NCBI RefSeq assembly: GCF_963921235.1
Contig: NC_086108.1
Span: 114,082,001-114,146,000 of the forward strand
DNA: 64,000 nucleotides
Direction of reading: 5' to 3'
Source of the DNA: Mobula hypostoma
Taxonomy: Eukaryota
In this document: in pieces, positions 1-13,905 of the stretch
Layout: each line of letters opens with the position of its first letter
How positions within the stretch are numbered: position 1 is the first letter of the stretch
Program-made: the position numbers and the translations under genes
The notes under the pieces: model-generated
Database searches by the model: none
Seen by the model: only the letters and a program-made list of their open reading frames with translations
Told to the model about the DNA's origin: nothing

Positions 1-55
1 GGGTCTTAACTGCAGCCACATCGGAGCCTGCTCCTGGCTCCGTGACACAGTAGGC
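1..55 (-). CDS. ACADM: ACADM coding exon 7, partial (AYCVTEPGAGSDVAAVKT...)
   Basis: cgcag|GCC TAC TGT GTC ACG GAG CCA GGA GCA GGC TCC GAT contains the acyl-CoA dehydrogenase TEPxAGSD signature. It continues past the window edge. Confidence 0.96.
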
Positions 56-151
56 CTGCGCAGACAGAGAAGTGATCGGTTAGCGGGGGGTGCACGAGCT
101 CCTTCCTCGCAGAAGAGGGTGCCGCAAACGGAAACGATGAGCTGCACTCAC

Positions 152-232
152 ACACATCAGGGGAGCTTCTGTCATCCGGCCCAGGTATTTCTTCTGCTGC
201 TGCTCGTTCCCAGACAGGATGACCGGCATTTG
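152..232 (-). CDS. ACADM: ACADM coding exon 6 ([27 protein letters not shown])
   Basis: ttttag|CAA ATG CCG...ATG TGT|gtgagt; 81 nt. Homologous to human [27 protein letters not shown]. Confidence 0.97.
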
Positions 233-384
233 CTAAAAAAGGAAGAGACTTCAGGTTAAAGGCAGGCTGTTTCAGAATTATGTTTATTATCACTGATATA
301 TACACGTTGTGAAATTTGCTGTTTTGCAGCAGCAGTACAGTGCTATACATAAAAAAATATGGTATTACAATTAAAATTTAAACT

Positions 385-857
385 TGTGGCCACTTTATAA
401 GGTGCACCTGGACACCTGCTTGTTAAATCAGCCAACCATCTGGCAGCAACTCTATGCATAAAAGCATACAGACGTGCCCAAGAGATTCAGCTGTTGTTCA
501 GATCAAACATCAGAATGGGGAAGAAATGTGATCTAAGCGACTTTGACAGGGTTGTTGGTGCCAGATAGGGTGGTTTGAGCATCTCAGAATCTGCTGACCT
601 CTTGGGATCAAGACAAAAACAGCTTATTGCTGACAGGCGTCAGAGGAGAATGGCCAGACTGGTTCAAACTGACAGGGAGATGACAATAACTCAAATAACT
701 ACACATGACAATAGTGGTGTGCAGAGGAGCGCCTCTAAACTCACAACACACCCATCTTTGAAGTGGATGGGCTACTGCAGCAGAAGAACATAAACATATA
801 TTCAGTGGCCACTTTATTATGGACAGGAGGTATCAAATTAATTGGCCACTGGGTGCA
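385..857 (+). mobile_element. Tc1-like transposon remnant
   Basis: ORF 575..793 (RRMARLVQTDR...TITQIT...LKWMGYCSRR) resembles the Tc1 N-terminal HTH. Repeated (CA)GTGGCCACTTTA terminal motifs. Confidence 0.75.
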
Positions 858-949
858 TGTCATGAAAATTGCTGTTTTATGATAGCAGTACAGTGAAGGG
901 CAAAAATTACGAATAAGAATAAGAATTACAATAAGGATTATGAACAGTG

Positions 950-1230
950 TTGGCGTGTGGCCAAGTGGTTAAGGCGTTCATCTAGTGTTCTGAAGGTCGC
1001 TAGTTTGAGCCTTGGCTGAGGCAGCGTGTTGTGTCCTTGAGCAAGGCACTTAACCACCGATGCCAAGCTATATGGGTCCTAATGCCCTTCCCTTGGACAA
1101 CATCAGTGGCGTGGAGAGGGGAGACTCGCAGCATGGACAACTGCCAGTCTTGCCTTGCCCAGGCATGCACCCTGGAAACCTTCCAAGGCACAAATCCATG
1201 GTCTCACAAGACTAACAGATGCCTATAAAT
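950..1230 (+). mobile_element. tRNA-derived SINE
   Basis: A-box TGGCCAAGTGG and a B-box-like GTTTGAGCC, followed by the GTGTCCTTGAGCAAGGCACTTAAC body. Paralogous to 4322-4550. Confidence 0.75.
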
Positions 1231-1231
1231 T

Positions 1232-4093
1232 ATTCACAAAGCAGATGAGCTTAGAGCATGGACCAGTACTTGGAGCTATTAAGTTGTGACCAATTCAGAG
1301 ACTTAGATGGCTCAGGGGCAGGAATGGTTACTTCGAGTGCCAGGCTTTAGAAGGACAGGGAGGGAAGCAAAAGAGGTGGGGGCATGGCACTGTTGCTCAG
1401 AGATAGTGCCACGGCTGCAGAAAAGGAGGAAGTCATGGAGGGATTGTCTATGGAGTCTCTATGGGTGGAAGTTAGGAACAGGAAGGGGTCAATTAGGTGT
1501 TTTTTTTTTTATATAGACCACCCAATAGTAACAGGGACATCGAGGAGCAGATAGGGAGACACATTCTGAAAAGGAATAATAATAACAGGGTTGTTGTGGT
1601 GGGAGAACTTAATTTCCCAAATATCGATTGGCACCTCGCTAGAACAAGTGGTTCAGATGGGGTGGAGTTATTTAGGTGTTTTCAGGAAGGTTTCTTGACA
1701 CAATTATGTTGATAAGCCAACAAGAGGAGAGGTTGTACTTGATCTGCAATTGGGAAGTGAACCTGGTTAGGTGTCAGATCTCTCAAGTGGGAGAGCATTT
1801 TGGAGATAGTGATCACAATTCTATCCCCTTCACTGTAGCACTGGAGAGGGATAAGTACAGACAAGTCAGGAAAATGTCTAACTGGAGTAAGGGGAAATAT
1901 GAAGCTATCAGGGAGGAACTTGGTAGCATAAATTGGGAACAGATGTTCTCAGGGAAATGTATGGAAGAAATGTGGCAAATGTTCAGGGGATATTTGTGTG
2001 GAGTTCTGCATAGGTACGTTTCAATGAGACAGGGAAGTTATGGTAGGGTACAGGAACCGTGGTGTACAAAGGCTGTTGTAATTCTAGTCAAGAAGAAAAG
2101 AAAAGCTTACGAAAGGTTCAAAAAACTAGGTAATGATAGAGATCTAGAAGATTATAAAGCTAGCAGGAAGGAGATTAAGAATGAAATTAGGAGAGCCTGA
2201 AGGGGCCATGAGAAGGCCATGGTGGACATGATTAAGGAAAACCCCAAGGCATTCTACAAGTATGTGAAGAGCAAGAGGATAAGATATGACAGAATAGGAC
2301 CAATCAAGTGTGATAGTGGAAAAGTGTGTATGGAACCGTTGGAGAAAGCAGAGGTACTTAATGAATACTTTGCTTCAGTATTCACTACAGAAAAGGATCT
2401 TGGCGATTGTAGGGATGACTTGCAGCAGACTGAAAAGCTTGAGCATGTAGATATTAAGAAAGGATGTGCTGGAGCTTTTGGAAAGCATCAAGTTGGATAA
2501 GTTGCCGGACTGGATGAGATGTACCCCAGGCTACCGTGGAAGGCGAGGGAAGAGATTGCTGAGCCTCTGGTGATGATCTTTGCGGAGGATTGAAGGGTTG
2601 CAGATGTTGTTCCCTTATTCAAGAAAGGGAGTAGAGATAGCCCAGTGAGTCTTACTTCAGTGGTCGGTGAGTTGATGGAGAAGAACCAGAGAGGCAGGAT
2701 TTATAAACATTTGGAGAGGCATAATAGACAATAGACAATAGGTGAAGGAGTAGGCCATTCGGCCCTTTGAGCCAGCACCGTCATTCACTGTGATCATGGT
2801 TATTGATTAGAAATAGTCAGCATGGCTTTGTGAAAGGCACGTCGTGCCTTATGAGCCTGATTGAATTTTTTGAGGATATGACTAAACACATTGATGAAGG
2901 TAGAGCAGTAGATGTAGTGTATATGGATTTCAGCAAGGCATTTGATAAGGTAACCTCCTGCAAGGCTTATTGAGAAAGTAAGGAGGCATAGGATCCAAGG
3001 AGACATTGCTTTGTAGATCCAGAACTGGCTTGCCCACAGAAGGCAAAGAGTGGTTGTAGATGGGTCATATTCTGCAGGAGTTCGGTGACCAGTGGTGTGC
3101 CTCAGGGATCTGTTCTGGGACCCTGACTTTTTGTAATTTTTATAAATGACCTGGATGAGTAAGTGGAGGGATGGGTTAGTAAATTTGCTGATGACACAAA
3201 GGTTGGGGGTGTTGTGGATAGAGTGGAGGGCTGTCAGAGGTTACGGTGGGACATTAATAGGATACAAAACTAGGCTGAGAAGTGGCAGATGGAGTTCAAC
3301 CCAGATAAATGTGAGGTGGTTCATTTTGGTAGGTCAAATATGATGGCAGAATATAGTATTAATGGCAAGACTCGTGGCAGTGTGGAGGATCAGAGGGATC
3401 TTGGGGTCCGAGTCCATAGGACACTCAAAGCTACTGCGCAGGTTGACTGTGTGGTTAAGAAGGCATACGGTGCATTGACTTTCATCAATCGTGAGATTGA
3501 GTTTAGGAGCCAAGAGATTATGTTGCAGCTATGTAGGACTCTGATCAGACCCCACTTGGAGAACTGTGCTAAGTTCTGGTTGCCTCACTACAGGAAGGAT
3601 ATGGAAACCATAGAAAGGGTGCAGAGGAGATTTACAAGGATGTTGGCTAGACTGGGGAGCATGCCTTATGAGAACAGGTTGAGTGAACTTGGCCTTTTTT
3701 CCTTGGAGCAATGGAGGGTGAGAGGTGACCTGATAGAGGTGTACAAGATAATGAGAGGCATTGATTGTGTGGATATTCAGAGGCTTTTTCCCCAGGGCTG
3801 AAATGGCTAGCACGAGAGGGCACAGTTTTAAGGTACTTGGAAGTAGGTACAGAGGAGACGTCAGGGGTAATTTTAAAAAAAATGCAGAGTGGTGAGTGCG
3901 TGGAATGGGCTGCCAACGACTGTGGTGGAGGCAGATACAATGGGGTCTGCTAAGAGACTCCTGGATAGGTACATGGAGTTTAGAGTTTAGAAAAATAGAG
4001 GGCTATGGGTAGCCTCTAAATTAAGGACATGTTCGACACAGCATTGTGGGCTGAAGGGCCTGTATTGTGCTGTAGGTTTTCTATGTTTCTATG
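1232..4093 (+). mobile_element. Decayed CR1 LINE (most of ORF2 and the 3' tail)
   Basis: EN and RT fragments in ORFs 1497..1712, 1676..2200, 2219..2500 and 3289..3801; tail TTTTCTATGTTTCTATG. Confidence 0.92.
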
Positions 4094-4321
4094 AATATAT
4101 AGAAAAATACGGTGCAAAACGAGCAAGATAGTGAGCTAGTGTTCATTGACTGTTCAGAAATGTGAGGGCAGTGGGAAGAAGCTGTTCCTTAAATGTTGAG
4201 TGTGTGTCTTCTGGCTCCTGTATCTCCTCCCCGATGGTAACAATGAGAAGAGGGAATGTGATAGATGGTGAGGGTCCTTCATAATAGATGCTACTTTTTT
4301 GAGGCATCACCATTTGGTGTT

Positions 4322-4550
4322 GGGCACGTGGCGAAGTGGTTAAGGCGTTCGTCTAGTGATCTTAGTGTCACTAGTTCGAGCCTCAGCTGTGGCAGCGTGT
4401 TTATGTCCTTGAGCAAGGCACTTAATCACACATTGCTCTAGTGTCTGTGCGAGGAGTGGTGCCCCACACAGACTTCCAATCTGCGCCTTGTAAGGCATGA
4501 AAATGCCCGATGCAGGCCTCTCATGGTCTGAGTCGACGTTCCCCTCCCCC
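4322..4550 (+). mobile_element. tRNA-derived SINE with the same head as 950-1230
   Basis: TGGCGAAGTGG / GTTCGAGCC boxes and the same TGTCCTTGAGCAAGGCACTTAA body. Confidence 0.75.
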
Positions 4551-5020
4551 CCATTTGAAGGTGTCCTCGATGCTGGGGAGGCTGGTGCCCATGATGGAGA
4601 TGGCTGAGTGTGTTACTTTATCCCCAATCCTGTGCAGTGGTCTCTCCACAACATACAGTGACACAACCAGTCAGAATATCTGCAGAGATTTGCTTGAGTC
4701 TTTGGTGATACGTTAAATGGAGGCAAGACAAATTGGTGGATTTCCAGTCCAAATGATCTGGCAAAACAGTGGTAATTTCTATCAAAATTCACCTCCTTCT
4801 CAAGCGACATTCCTTTAGAATGGAGACATGGAGGAATTTCTTCAGCCAGAGGGTGGTGAATCTATGGAATTCATTGCCACAAATGGCTGTAGAGGCCAAA
4901 TCATTGGGTATAATGAAGGTCGAGGTTGATAGGTTCCTGATTAGTCAGGGTGTTGAAGGTTACGGGAAGAACCTTTATGGGGACGGAGGGACGGAAGGAA
5001 ATACAGATCTCTATGCCTAC

Positions 5021-5121
5021 CCCCAGTGAGTTGGCTTCAATTGCAGTCTGAATACCAGTGCAGCCATAAGCTATTTCTTCAGTAATGAGGCAGGAATCAA
5101 AGATTCCCAGTCCCATTCCAC
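5021..5121 (-). CDS. ACADM: ACADM coding exon 5 ([34 protein letters not shown])
   Basis: ttccag|GT GGA ATG...CTG GGG|gtaggc; 101 nt. Visible inside ORF 4901..5137. Confidence 0.97.
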
Positions 5122-5224
5122 CTGGAAGACAAAACAAAAACCATGAAGCTATAGAAACTATGGAAGCAGATTAAACAGTCACTGCTGAAAAATAAATGGG
5201 AAAGCATTACATTTTTGAAGGGCA

Positions 5225-5742
5225 TTGGAGAGGGTTTACAGGAGGTTCACCAGAATCATTCTGGGAATGAAAGGGTTATCGTACGAGGAACACTTGATAG
5301 CTCTGGCTATCTTGCTGGAACTTAGATGGACTTGGGGGGGGGGGGAAGATTTCATTGAAACTTTTCGAATGTAGAAAGGTCGAGACAGAGTAGATGTGGA
5401 AAGGATGTTTTCCATGGTGGGAGAGTCTAGGACAAGAGGGCACAGCCTCAGGATATAGGGGTGTCCATTTAAAACAGATGTGGAGAAATTTCTTTAGCCT
5501 GAGGGTGGTGAACTTATGGAATTTGTTACCACAGGCAGCTGTGGAGGACAGGTCATTGATTGCAGAGATTGCAATCAAGGCAGAGATTGATGGGTTCTTG
5601 ATTGGACACGGCATCAAAGGTGACAGGGAGAAGGCCGGGGAGTGGGGCTGAGGAGGGGAGAAAAGGATCAGTCATGATTGACTGGTGGAGCAGACTAAAT
5701 GGGCCAAATGGCGTAATTCTGCTCCTATGTCTTATGGTCTTA
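5225..5742 (+). mobile_element. CR1 3' fragment
   Basis: RNFFSLRVVNLWNLLP motif and a CR1 3'UTR. Confidence 0.8.
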
Positions 5743-6879
5743 TTGCAAAATACTTTACAGGTGATTAAGTACTTGATAAATTGTTATAGAACAGTACAGC
5801 ATAGTACAGGCCCCTCAGCTCATGATGTTGTGCTGACCTTTTAACCTCCTCTAAGATCAATCTAATCCTTCCCTCCCACATAGCCCTACATGTTTCTACT
5901 GTCCATGTGCCTATTCACTGTTCTTAAATGTCCCTAAAGTAGCTGCCTCTAACACAACTCTTGGCAGGTCGCTCCACGCACTCAACACTATGCGACAAAA
6001 GGAAAAAAAACGACCTCTGACATTCTCCACCCCCCCCCCAATACTTCCCTCCAATTACCTTGAAATTATACCAGCTTGTATTAGCAATTTCTGCCCTGGG
6101 AAAACATCTTCTCTGGCTATCCACTCAATCATAACACTGGAGTGGAATTAGGCCACATAACCCTCCATTTTTTGAAGCACAGAAAAACTCTGATGGAGCC
6201 CATTAGCCCTCTTGTTGAACCTGAAACCTCGACATCGGCTATTTGGCCCATCAGGACTGTGCTAGTTCTGTGAAGATGTCTACAATCAATCTCCCCCATA
6301 TCTTTTTCTCAGTAGTTTTCCCTCCCTCAGAGCCCTTCATTTTTCTTCATCCTTCTTCATCCATGTGCCTATCTTAAATGTCCCTAATGTATCTGCTTCT
6401 ACCATCACCCCAGCAAGGCATTCCACACACTCACTGCTCTGTGTAAAAACCTGCCTCTGACGTCTCCAAAGTCCTTACATTAGGTCCTACTTCTCTGGGA
6501 AAAACTCTTGGCTGCCCACTCATTCTGTGCCTCTCATCTCAATAAAAATCTGATAACCCAGCCCTCTAGTGGTGCTAGGCCCCCAGATTTTCTGGATAAT
6601 TGCATGTTACTCTGATTAACATGCTACTCACAACATGGTATTCATTGTTTTTTTTTCCCTACAAATGTTACACCATGATAAGATCTCAACATACTCATTG
6701 AGTTTAAAGGGAGCACGGGAAATTGCACCTCTTTGAGTTTAAGAGCATTAAGGATCACCTTTATCTGCCGTACACATTCACACGCATTAGGAACCTGCTG
6801 TGGTGTGTTCCTCAGGTCAGATATGCAACAAAAACATCAACAATTATAAAGAATAAAAAAATGATATAAAAGCAAATCT

Positions 6880-8470
6880 ACAAATTAACCTTTAGGGAAT
6901 CCTGTACAGACTCCCAAGCCCTTTTGCCCATCGGAGTTTTTAATTTTCTCCCCATTTAGAAAATAGTCTACGCCTTCATTCATTGTCCCAAAGTGCATGA
7001 CCGTACACTTCCTAACACTGCATTCTATCTGCCACTTCCTTGCCCATTTTCCTAATCTGTCTAAGTCCTTCTACAGTTTCTCTGCTTCCTCAGCAGTACC
7101 TACCTCTCCACCTATCTTTGTATCATTTGCAAACTTGCCCACAAAGCCATCAATTCTATCATCCAAATCATTGAGAAATAACGTGAAAAGAATGTGTCAA
7201 CACTGACCTCTGTGACACACCACTAGTCAGCGGCAGCCAATCAGAAAAGGCTCATCTTTGCCTCCTGCCAATCAGCCAATCTTCAATCCTTGGAAGTAAC
7301 TTTTCTGTTGTATCATGGGCTTGTGGCTTGTTAAGCCTCATGTGGCACCTTGTCAAAGGCCTTCTGACAATCCAAGTACACAACATCCATTGACTCTCTT
7401 TCGTCTACCCTGCCTGGTATTTCCTCAAAGAATTCTAACAGATTTGTCAGGGAAGATTTCCTCTTAAGGGAACAATGCTGACTTTGGCCTACTTTATCAT
7501 GTGCCTCCGTAATAATGGACTCCTACATCTTCCCAGCCACTGAATTCAGGCTAATTGGTGTATGATTTCCTTTCTTCTGCCTCCCTCCCTTTTTGAACAG
7601 TGGAGTGACATTTGCAATTTTCCAGTCCTCCAGAACTATTCCAAATTCTGGTGGTTCTTGAGAGATCATTATTAATGCCTTCACAATCTCTTCAGCTACA
7701 TCCTTCAGAACCCTGGGGCCTAGTCCATCTGGTCCACTCCTTGGTGATAGCAACTACTCTCACTTCTGCCCCAGACACACTTGAGTTTCTGGCATACTGC
7801 TCATATCTTCCGCAGTGAAGACTGAAGCAAAATATATATTCAATTTGCCCACAATTTCTTTGTCTCCCAGTATTACCTCTTGCTTTGCTTTTACTCTTTC
7901 TGCATCTGAAAAAACTTTTGGCATCCTCTTTGATATTATTGGCTGGCTTACCTTCACAGGTCAGCTTTTCTCTCTGTATTTTTTTAATTGGCTTCTGTTG
8001 TTTTTTTCTTAAAAAAGATTCCCAATTCACAACGTTTCCAAGTAACTCACACAAAATGCTGGAGGAACTCAGCAGGCCAGGCTGAAGTCCTGCTGAAGGG
8101 TTTCGACCCAAAACATCGACTGTACTTCTCCTCTCCTTCCCACCCTCCCTCCCCCCACCTTCTTTATAGGGCCTCTGCCCCCTCCCTCTTCAGTCCTGAC
8201 GAAGGGTTCCGGCCCGAAACATTGACTGATCATTTCCACGGATGCTGCCCGACCTGCTGAGTTCCTCCAGCGTGTTGTGAGTGTTGCATCGACTGTTTAC
8301 TCTTTTCCATAGATGCTGCCTAGCCAGCTGAGTTCCTCCAGCATTTTGTGTGTGTGTTACTTGGATTCCCAGCATCAGCAGATTTTCTCGAATTTAAAAT
8401 TAGGCCACTAGCTTTCCACTAAATTTTGTTAGATTATTTGTCCTCTTATTTGCTTTTATGCTGTCTTTGA
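6880..8470 (-). mobile_element. Decayed CR1 fragment interrupted by Penelope-like ends at about 8045-8390
   Basis: GPDGLGPRVLKDVAEEI...NVTPLFKKGG (ORF 7523..7753). Confidence 0.8.
8191..8228 (+). ncRNA. Minimal hammerhead ribozyme motif, stem III altered
   Basis: CAGUC CUGACGA A GGGU-UCCG-GCCC GAAAC AUU GACUG. Confidence 0.6.
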
Positions 8471-8494
8471 CTTCTCTTGTCAATCATTGTTACA

Positions 8495-9936
8495 CAGAAA
8501 CATAGAAATCAGTGCATTACAGGCCCTTCGTCCCACTGTGTTGTGCTGACCATGTAACTGCTCTAGAAACTGCCTAGAATTTCCCTACCGCGTAGCCCTC
8601 TATTTTTCTAAGCTCCATGTACCTACCTCTTAAAAGACCCTATCGTGTCCGCCTCTACCTCATTCGATGGCAGTGCATTCCACGCACCCACCACTCTGTG
8701 TGAAAAACTTAACTCTGACATCCCCCTTGTACCTACTTCCAAGCACTTTAAACCTATGCTCCTCGTGTTAGCCATTTCAGAAAACCCTCTGGCTATCCAC
8801 ACAATCAATGCCTCTCATCATCTTATAGACCTCTATCAGGTTACCTCTCATCCTCTGTCGCTCCAAGGAGAAAAGGCCAAGTTCCCTCAACCTGTTCTCA
8901 TAGCGCATGCTCTCCAATCCAGACAACATCCTTTTAAATCTCCTCTGCATTCTCTCTATAGTATCCACATCCTTTCTGTAATGAGATGACCAGAACTGAA
9001 CACAATATTCCAGGTGGGATCTGACCAGGGTCCTGTACAGCTGTAACATTACCTCTCGGCTCTTGAACTCAATCTCACGGATGAAGGCCAAAAAACCATA
9101 CGCCTTCTTAGTCACACTGCCAACCTGCGCAGCAGCTTTGAGTGTCCTATGGACATGAACCCCAAGATCTTGCTGATCCTTCACACTGCCAAGAGTCCTA
9201 CAATTAATATATTCTGCCTTCAAATTTGACCTACCGAAATGAACCACCTCACACTTATCTGGGTTGAACTCCATCTGCCACTTCTCAGCCCGGTTCTGCA
9301 TCCTATCAATGTTGTGCTGTAACCTCTGTCAACCATCCAGTCTATCCACAATACCCCCAACTAGTGTCATCAGTAAATTTACTGACCCACCACTCTACTT
9401 CTTCGTCCAGGTCATTTATAAGAGTCACAAAGAGGAGGGGTCCCAGAACAGATCCCTGCAGAACACCACTGATCACCCAACTCCATGTAGAATACGAACC
9501 ATCACAACTACCCTTTGCCTTCTGTGGGTAAGCCAATTCTGGATCCACAAAGCAAGGTCACCTTGGATCCCATGCTTCCTTACTTTCTGAAGGAGCCTTG
9601 CATGGGAAACCTCATCAAATGCCTTACTGAAATCCACATACACTACATCCACTGCTCTACCTTCATCAATGTGTTTTGTTATATCCTCAAAGAACTCAAT
9701 CAGGTTCGTAAGGCACGGCCTGCCCTTAACAAAGCCATGCTGACTATCCCTAATCAGATTATGTCTCTCCAAATGCTCATAAATCCAGCCTTTCAGGATC
9801 TTCTCCAACAATTTGCCCACTACTGAAGTAAGATTCACTGGTCTATAATTTCCTGGGTTATCTGTACTCCCTTTCTTGAACAAGGGAACAACACTTGCAA
9901 CCTTCCAATCCTCTGGTACTTCTCCTGTCCCCACTG
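8495..9936 (-). mobile_element. CR1 RT and 3' end, 5'-truncated
   Basis: ORFs 9473..10045, 9342..9548 and 8777..9301 carry CR1 RT motifs. Confidence 0.9.
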
Positions 9937-9939
9937 TAG

Positions 9940-10810
9940 GTCTTACACAGTGAATGTTAGGGCACTGGGGACTGTGGAAGAACAAAGGGATCTGGGAATA
10001 TGGGTCCATAATTCGTTGAAAGTAACGCCACAGATAGATAGCCAATCACAAACAAGAAAAAGATCCGCAGATGCTGGAAATCTGAGCGATATACACAAAA
10101 TGCTGGAGGAACCCAGCAAGCCAGGCAGCATCTTAGATCTTATCAGAGATGCTGCCTGGCTTGCTGAGTTCCTGCAGCATTTTGTGTGAGTTTCACAAGT
10201 AGATAGGGTTGTACAGAAAGTTTCTGGCACGTTGGCTTTCATAAATCAATGTATTGTGTTTAGGAGATGGGATTTTACATTGAAGTTGTACAAGACGTTA
10301 GTGAGCACTAATTTGGAGAATCCTGTGCAGTTTTGGTCACCTACCTACAAACAAGGTTGAAAGAGTGTAGAGAAAATTTAGAAGTTGTTGCTGGGTCTGG
10401 AGGACCTGAGTTATAAGGAAGGATTGAATAGGTTAGGACGTAGAAAACTGAGGGGAGATTTGATAAAGTGTACAAAATTATGAGGGGTATCGACAAGGTA
10501 AGTGCAAACAGGCTTTTTTCACTGAAGTTGGGTGGGACTACAACCAGAGGTCATGGGTTAAGGGTGACAGGTGGAACATTTAAGGGGAACTTTTTCCACT
10601 CAGAGCGCGGTGCGAGTGTGGAACAAGCTGCCATCGCAAGTGGTGGATGTGGGTTAAATTTCACATTCATGAGAAATTTGTGGATGGGAGGATGGGGTAT
10701 GGAGAATTATGGCCTGGATGTCGGTCGATGGGACTAAGCGGATTAATCTTTCGGTATAGACTAGATGTGCTGAAGGGCTTGTTTCTGTGCTGTGGTATTC
10801 TACTCTATAA
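9940..10810 (+). mobile_element. CR1 3' fragment with a Penelope-like inverted-repeat insert at about 10048-10190
   Basis: EQRDLGIWVHNSLK...YKIMRGIDKV motifs. Confidence 0.78.
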
Positions 10811-10870
10811 CTCAACAGAAGATATCGATATTCCCAGCAGTTTCCCCTTTTTAAACATTTCCCTGCTTAC

Positions 10871-10940
10871 CACAACTTGCAGGAATGTGTGTGTTCATGA
10901 GTCCCAACTCCCACGCTCTCTTAATCAGTGGAACAGGATA
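10871..10940 (-). CDS. ACADM: ACADM coding exon 4 ([23 protein letters not shown]+G)
   Basis: ctacag|TAT CCT GTT...TGT G|gtaagc; 70 nt. Near-identical to human [23 protein letters not shown]. Confidence 0.97.
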
Positions 10941-11635
10941 CTGTAGAGAAGGCAAGGCATCGTCAGTACAGTGAGTACATCCACCAGCACACAACTTCAC
11001 CAGACATCATTATTCTGCATCATCAACAATTCACTTTCCAACACACAATTACCCAGGCTTGTGAAATTATAGCTAAAAGATGCATCAGGTCCCAGCTGTA
11101 AATATAACCAACTATGGCCTGGTCCAACCATGTCGAGGTTACGGCCGAAAACTGTACATGAACACCTCTAGTCCCTCAGGAAGCTCAGGACATCTGTCAA
11201 GCCCTGATGACTCACCATTTTTTTTTGTCTTTGCACCACAGAGAGCATCCAATGCCAATACATCATGACTTGGTATGGCAACTGCTCTGCACGTGACTGT
11301 AAGAAACCGCAGAGAGTTGTGGACACAGTTCAGCTCAGCACGGACATAAGCCTCCACCAACACCACCGCTCCCTCACCCCCCCCCCCCATTGACTCTGCA
11401 GCTAACATTCATTATCCAGGACTCTCATACATTAGGTTCAAGACAGCTTCTATCCTGCTGTCATCTGAACAGATAGTAAAGGTTCTCTCCACCTACCTAT
11501 CATTTCTGTAAATCTCTATTCTGCATTCTGTTTCTATCACCTTAAAATACTTATGTATGAACTGATTTGCCTCGACAGTATGCATACAAAAGATTTTCAT
11601 TGCATCTTAGTACATTTGACAGCAATAAACTCCTA

Positions 11636-12355
11636 AACACAAGAGATGCTGCAGATGTTGGCAATCCAGAGCAACACACAAAATGCTGGAGGAACTCAGC
11701 GCATCAAGCAGCAGCTATGGAGAAGAGTAAACGGTCAACGTTCCAGGCCGAGACCCTTCATCAGGACTGGAAAGGAAGGGTGAAAGAAGCCATAGTAAGG
11801 TGGTGGGGGGACGTGAAGGAGTACAAGCTGGCAGGTGACGGGTGAGTTCAGGTGAGAGAGAAGGTGGAGGTGGGGGGAAGAGTGGATGAAGTGAGAAGCT
11901 GCAAGGTGAGGGGGAAGTGGGGTTGGATGGACGAACAGGGATGCAGTTGAGAAGCTGGGATATGATAGGTGGAAGAGGTAAAGGGCTGAAGGTGAAGGAA
12001 TCTGATAAGAGAGGTGAGTGGACCATGGGCCAAAGGGACAGAGGGCTCCGGGGGAGCTAATAGATAAGGAGGTAAGAAGGGGAAACATCTCCCATGTTCG
12101 CTATAATCTTCTGTTAGATTCCTCCTCCTTCAGTCTATTTTCAGACCATCAACCTCTTCAACCCATCTTCTCCAGCTTCTGACTCCATCCCCCCTCATCC
12201 ACCTGGGCTCACCTATCAGCTACCAGCTCATCCTCTCCCCCACCACCTTATTCTGGCTGCTTTCCCCTTCCTTTCCAGTCCTGATGAACAGCCTCGGCCC
12301 ATTTCCATCGATACTACCCAACTTGCTGAGTTCCTCCAGCATTTTGTGTGTGTTT
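11636..12355. mobile_element. Two Penelope-like ends in inverted (head-to-head) arrangement
   Basis: ACACACAAAATGCTGGAGGAACTCAGC at about 11674 and its reverse complement at about 12324-12350; purine-rich arm followed by a pyrimidine-rich arm. Confidence 0.72.
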
Positions 12356-13014
12356 TGTTTCAAAGAAAAAGACCAATTTTGAACAGCAATCCAGCAAATT
12401 AAGTTGGATTGAAAGCCATTGTATATTTGTCACGTGTGGGATGGATACACAGTTTTGATGATCACATCGCTTGCACATTCTCGTAACAAGTATCATTAAT
12501 GCAGTAAGACGCTGCCTGACAGGATAAAAAGCCACTGAGGGGCACCAGCATTGTACAATTTTAAACACGTACTTTTCCCCGGGGTGGGGGGGGGGATAGC
12601 AAATGGAGAGGCAGAGTCTTAAGGTGATTGGAGACTAGCACAGTGGGGGTGTCAGAGATGAGCTCTGGTTGCCACATTATAGGAAGGATGTGGAAGCTTT
12701 AGAGAGGGTGAGGGCGCAGAGGGGATTTACTAGGATGCTGCTGGATTAGAGAGCATATTACAGAGTAATAGAAAAATTCAGCACAGAAACAGGCCCTTCA
12801 GCCCATCTAGTCTGCACCAAACCATTTAAACTGCCTACTCCCATTGATCTGCAACGGGACCGTAAGTAGCATTCACGTACTTATCCAAACTTCTCTTAAA
12901 CATTGAAATCAAGCACCCGTACACCATTTGTGCTGACAGCTCATTCCACACTCTCATCACTCTCTGAACTGAAAAAGTTTCCCCTCATGTTCCCTTTAAA
13001 CATTTCCCCCTTAA

Positions 13015-13905
13015 CAGATGATACTAAGATAGGTGGAGTTGTGGATAATAAAGTAGGTTTTCAAAGCTTGCAGAGAGATTTAGGACAGTTAGAAGAGTGG
13101 GCTGAAAGATGGCAGATGGAGTTTAATGCTGCAAATGTGAGGTGCTACATTTTGGTAGGACTAATCAAAATAGGACATACATGGTAAATGGTGGGGCATT
13201 GAAGAATGCTGTAAAACAGAGGGATCTAGGAATAATGGTGCATAGTTCTGTGGATAGGGTGGTGAAGAAGGCTTTTGGTATGCTGGCCTTTATTAATCAG
13301 AGCATTGAGTATAGGAGTTGGGATGTAATGTTGAAATTGTACAAGGCATTGGTGAGGCCAAATTTGGAGTATTGTGTACTGTTCTGGTCACCCAATTATA
13401 GGAAAGATGTCAATAAAATTGAGAGAGTACAGAGAAGATTTACTAGAATGCTACCTGGGTTTCATCTCCTAAGTTACAGAGAAAGGTTGAACAAGTTAGG
13501 TCTTTATTCTTTGGAACGTAGAAGGTTGAGAGGGGACTTGACAGAGGTGTTTAAAATTATGAGGGAGATTGATAGAGTTGACGTAATAGGCTTTTTCCAT
13601 TGAGAAAGGGGGAGATTCAAACAAGAGGACATGAGTTGAGAGTTAAAGGACAAAAGTTTACGGGTAACATGAGGGGGAACTTCTTTACTCAGAGAGTGGT
13701 AGCTGTGTGGAACGAGCTTCCAGCAGAAGTGGTTGAGGCAGCTTCGATGTTGTCATTTAAAGTTAAATTAGATAGATATATGGAAAGGAAAGGAATGGAG
13801 GGTTATGGGCTGAGTGCAGGTCGGTGGGACTAGGTGAGAGTAAGAGTTTGGCACGGACTACAAGGGCCGAGATGGCCTGTTTCCGTGCTGTAATTGCTAT
13901 ATGGT
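13015..13905 (+). mobile_element. CR1 3' fragment
   Basis: DDTKIGGVVD...LYKALVRPNLEYC...FFTQRVVAVWNELP. Confidence 0.9.

Noticed and set aside
950..1025. tRNA genes at about 950 and about 4322
   Set aside because: The A/B boxes run straight into a shared SINE body, and I see no convincing cloverleaf or terminator.
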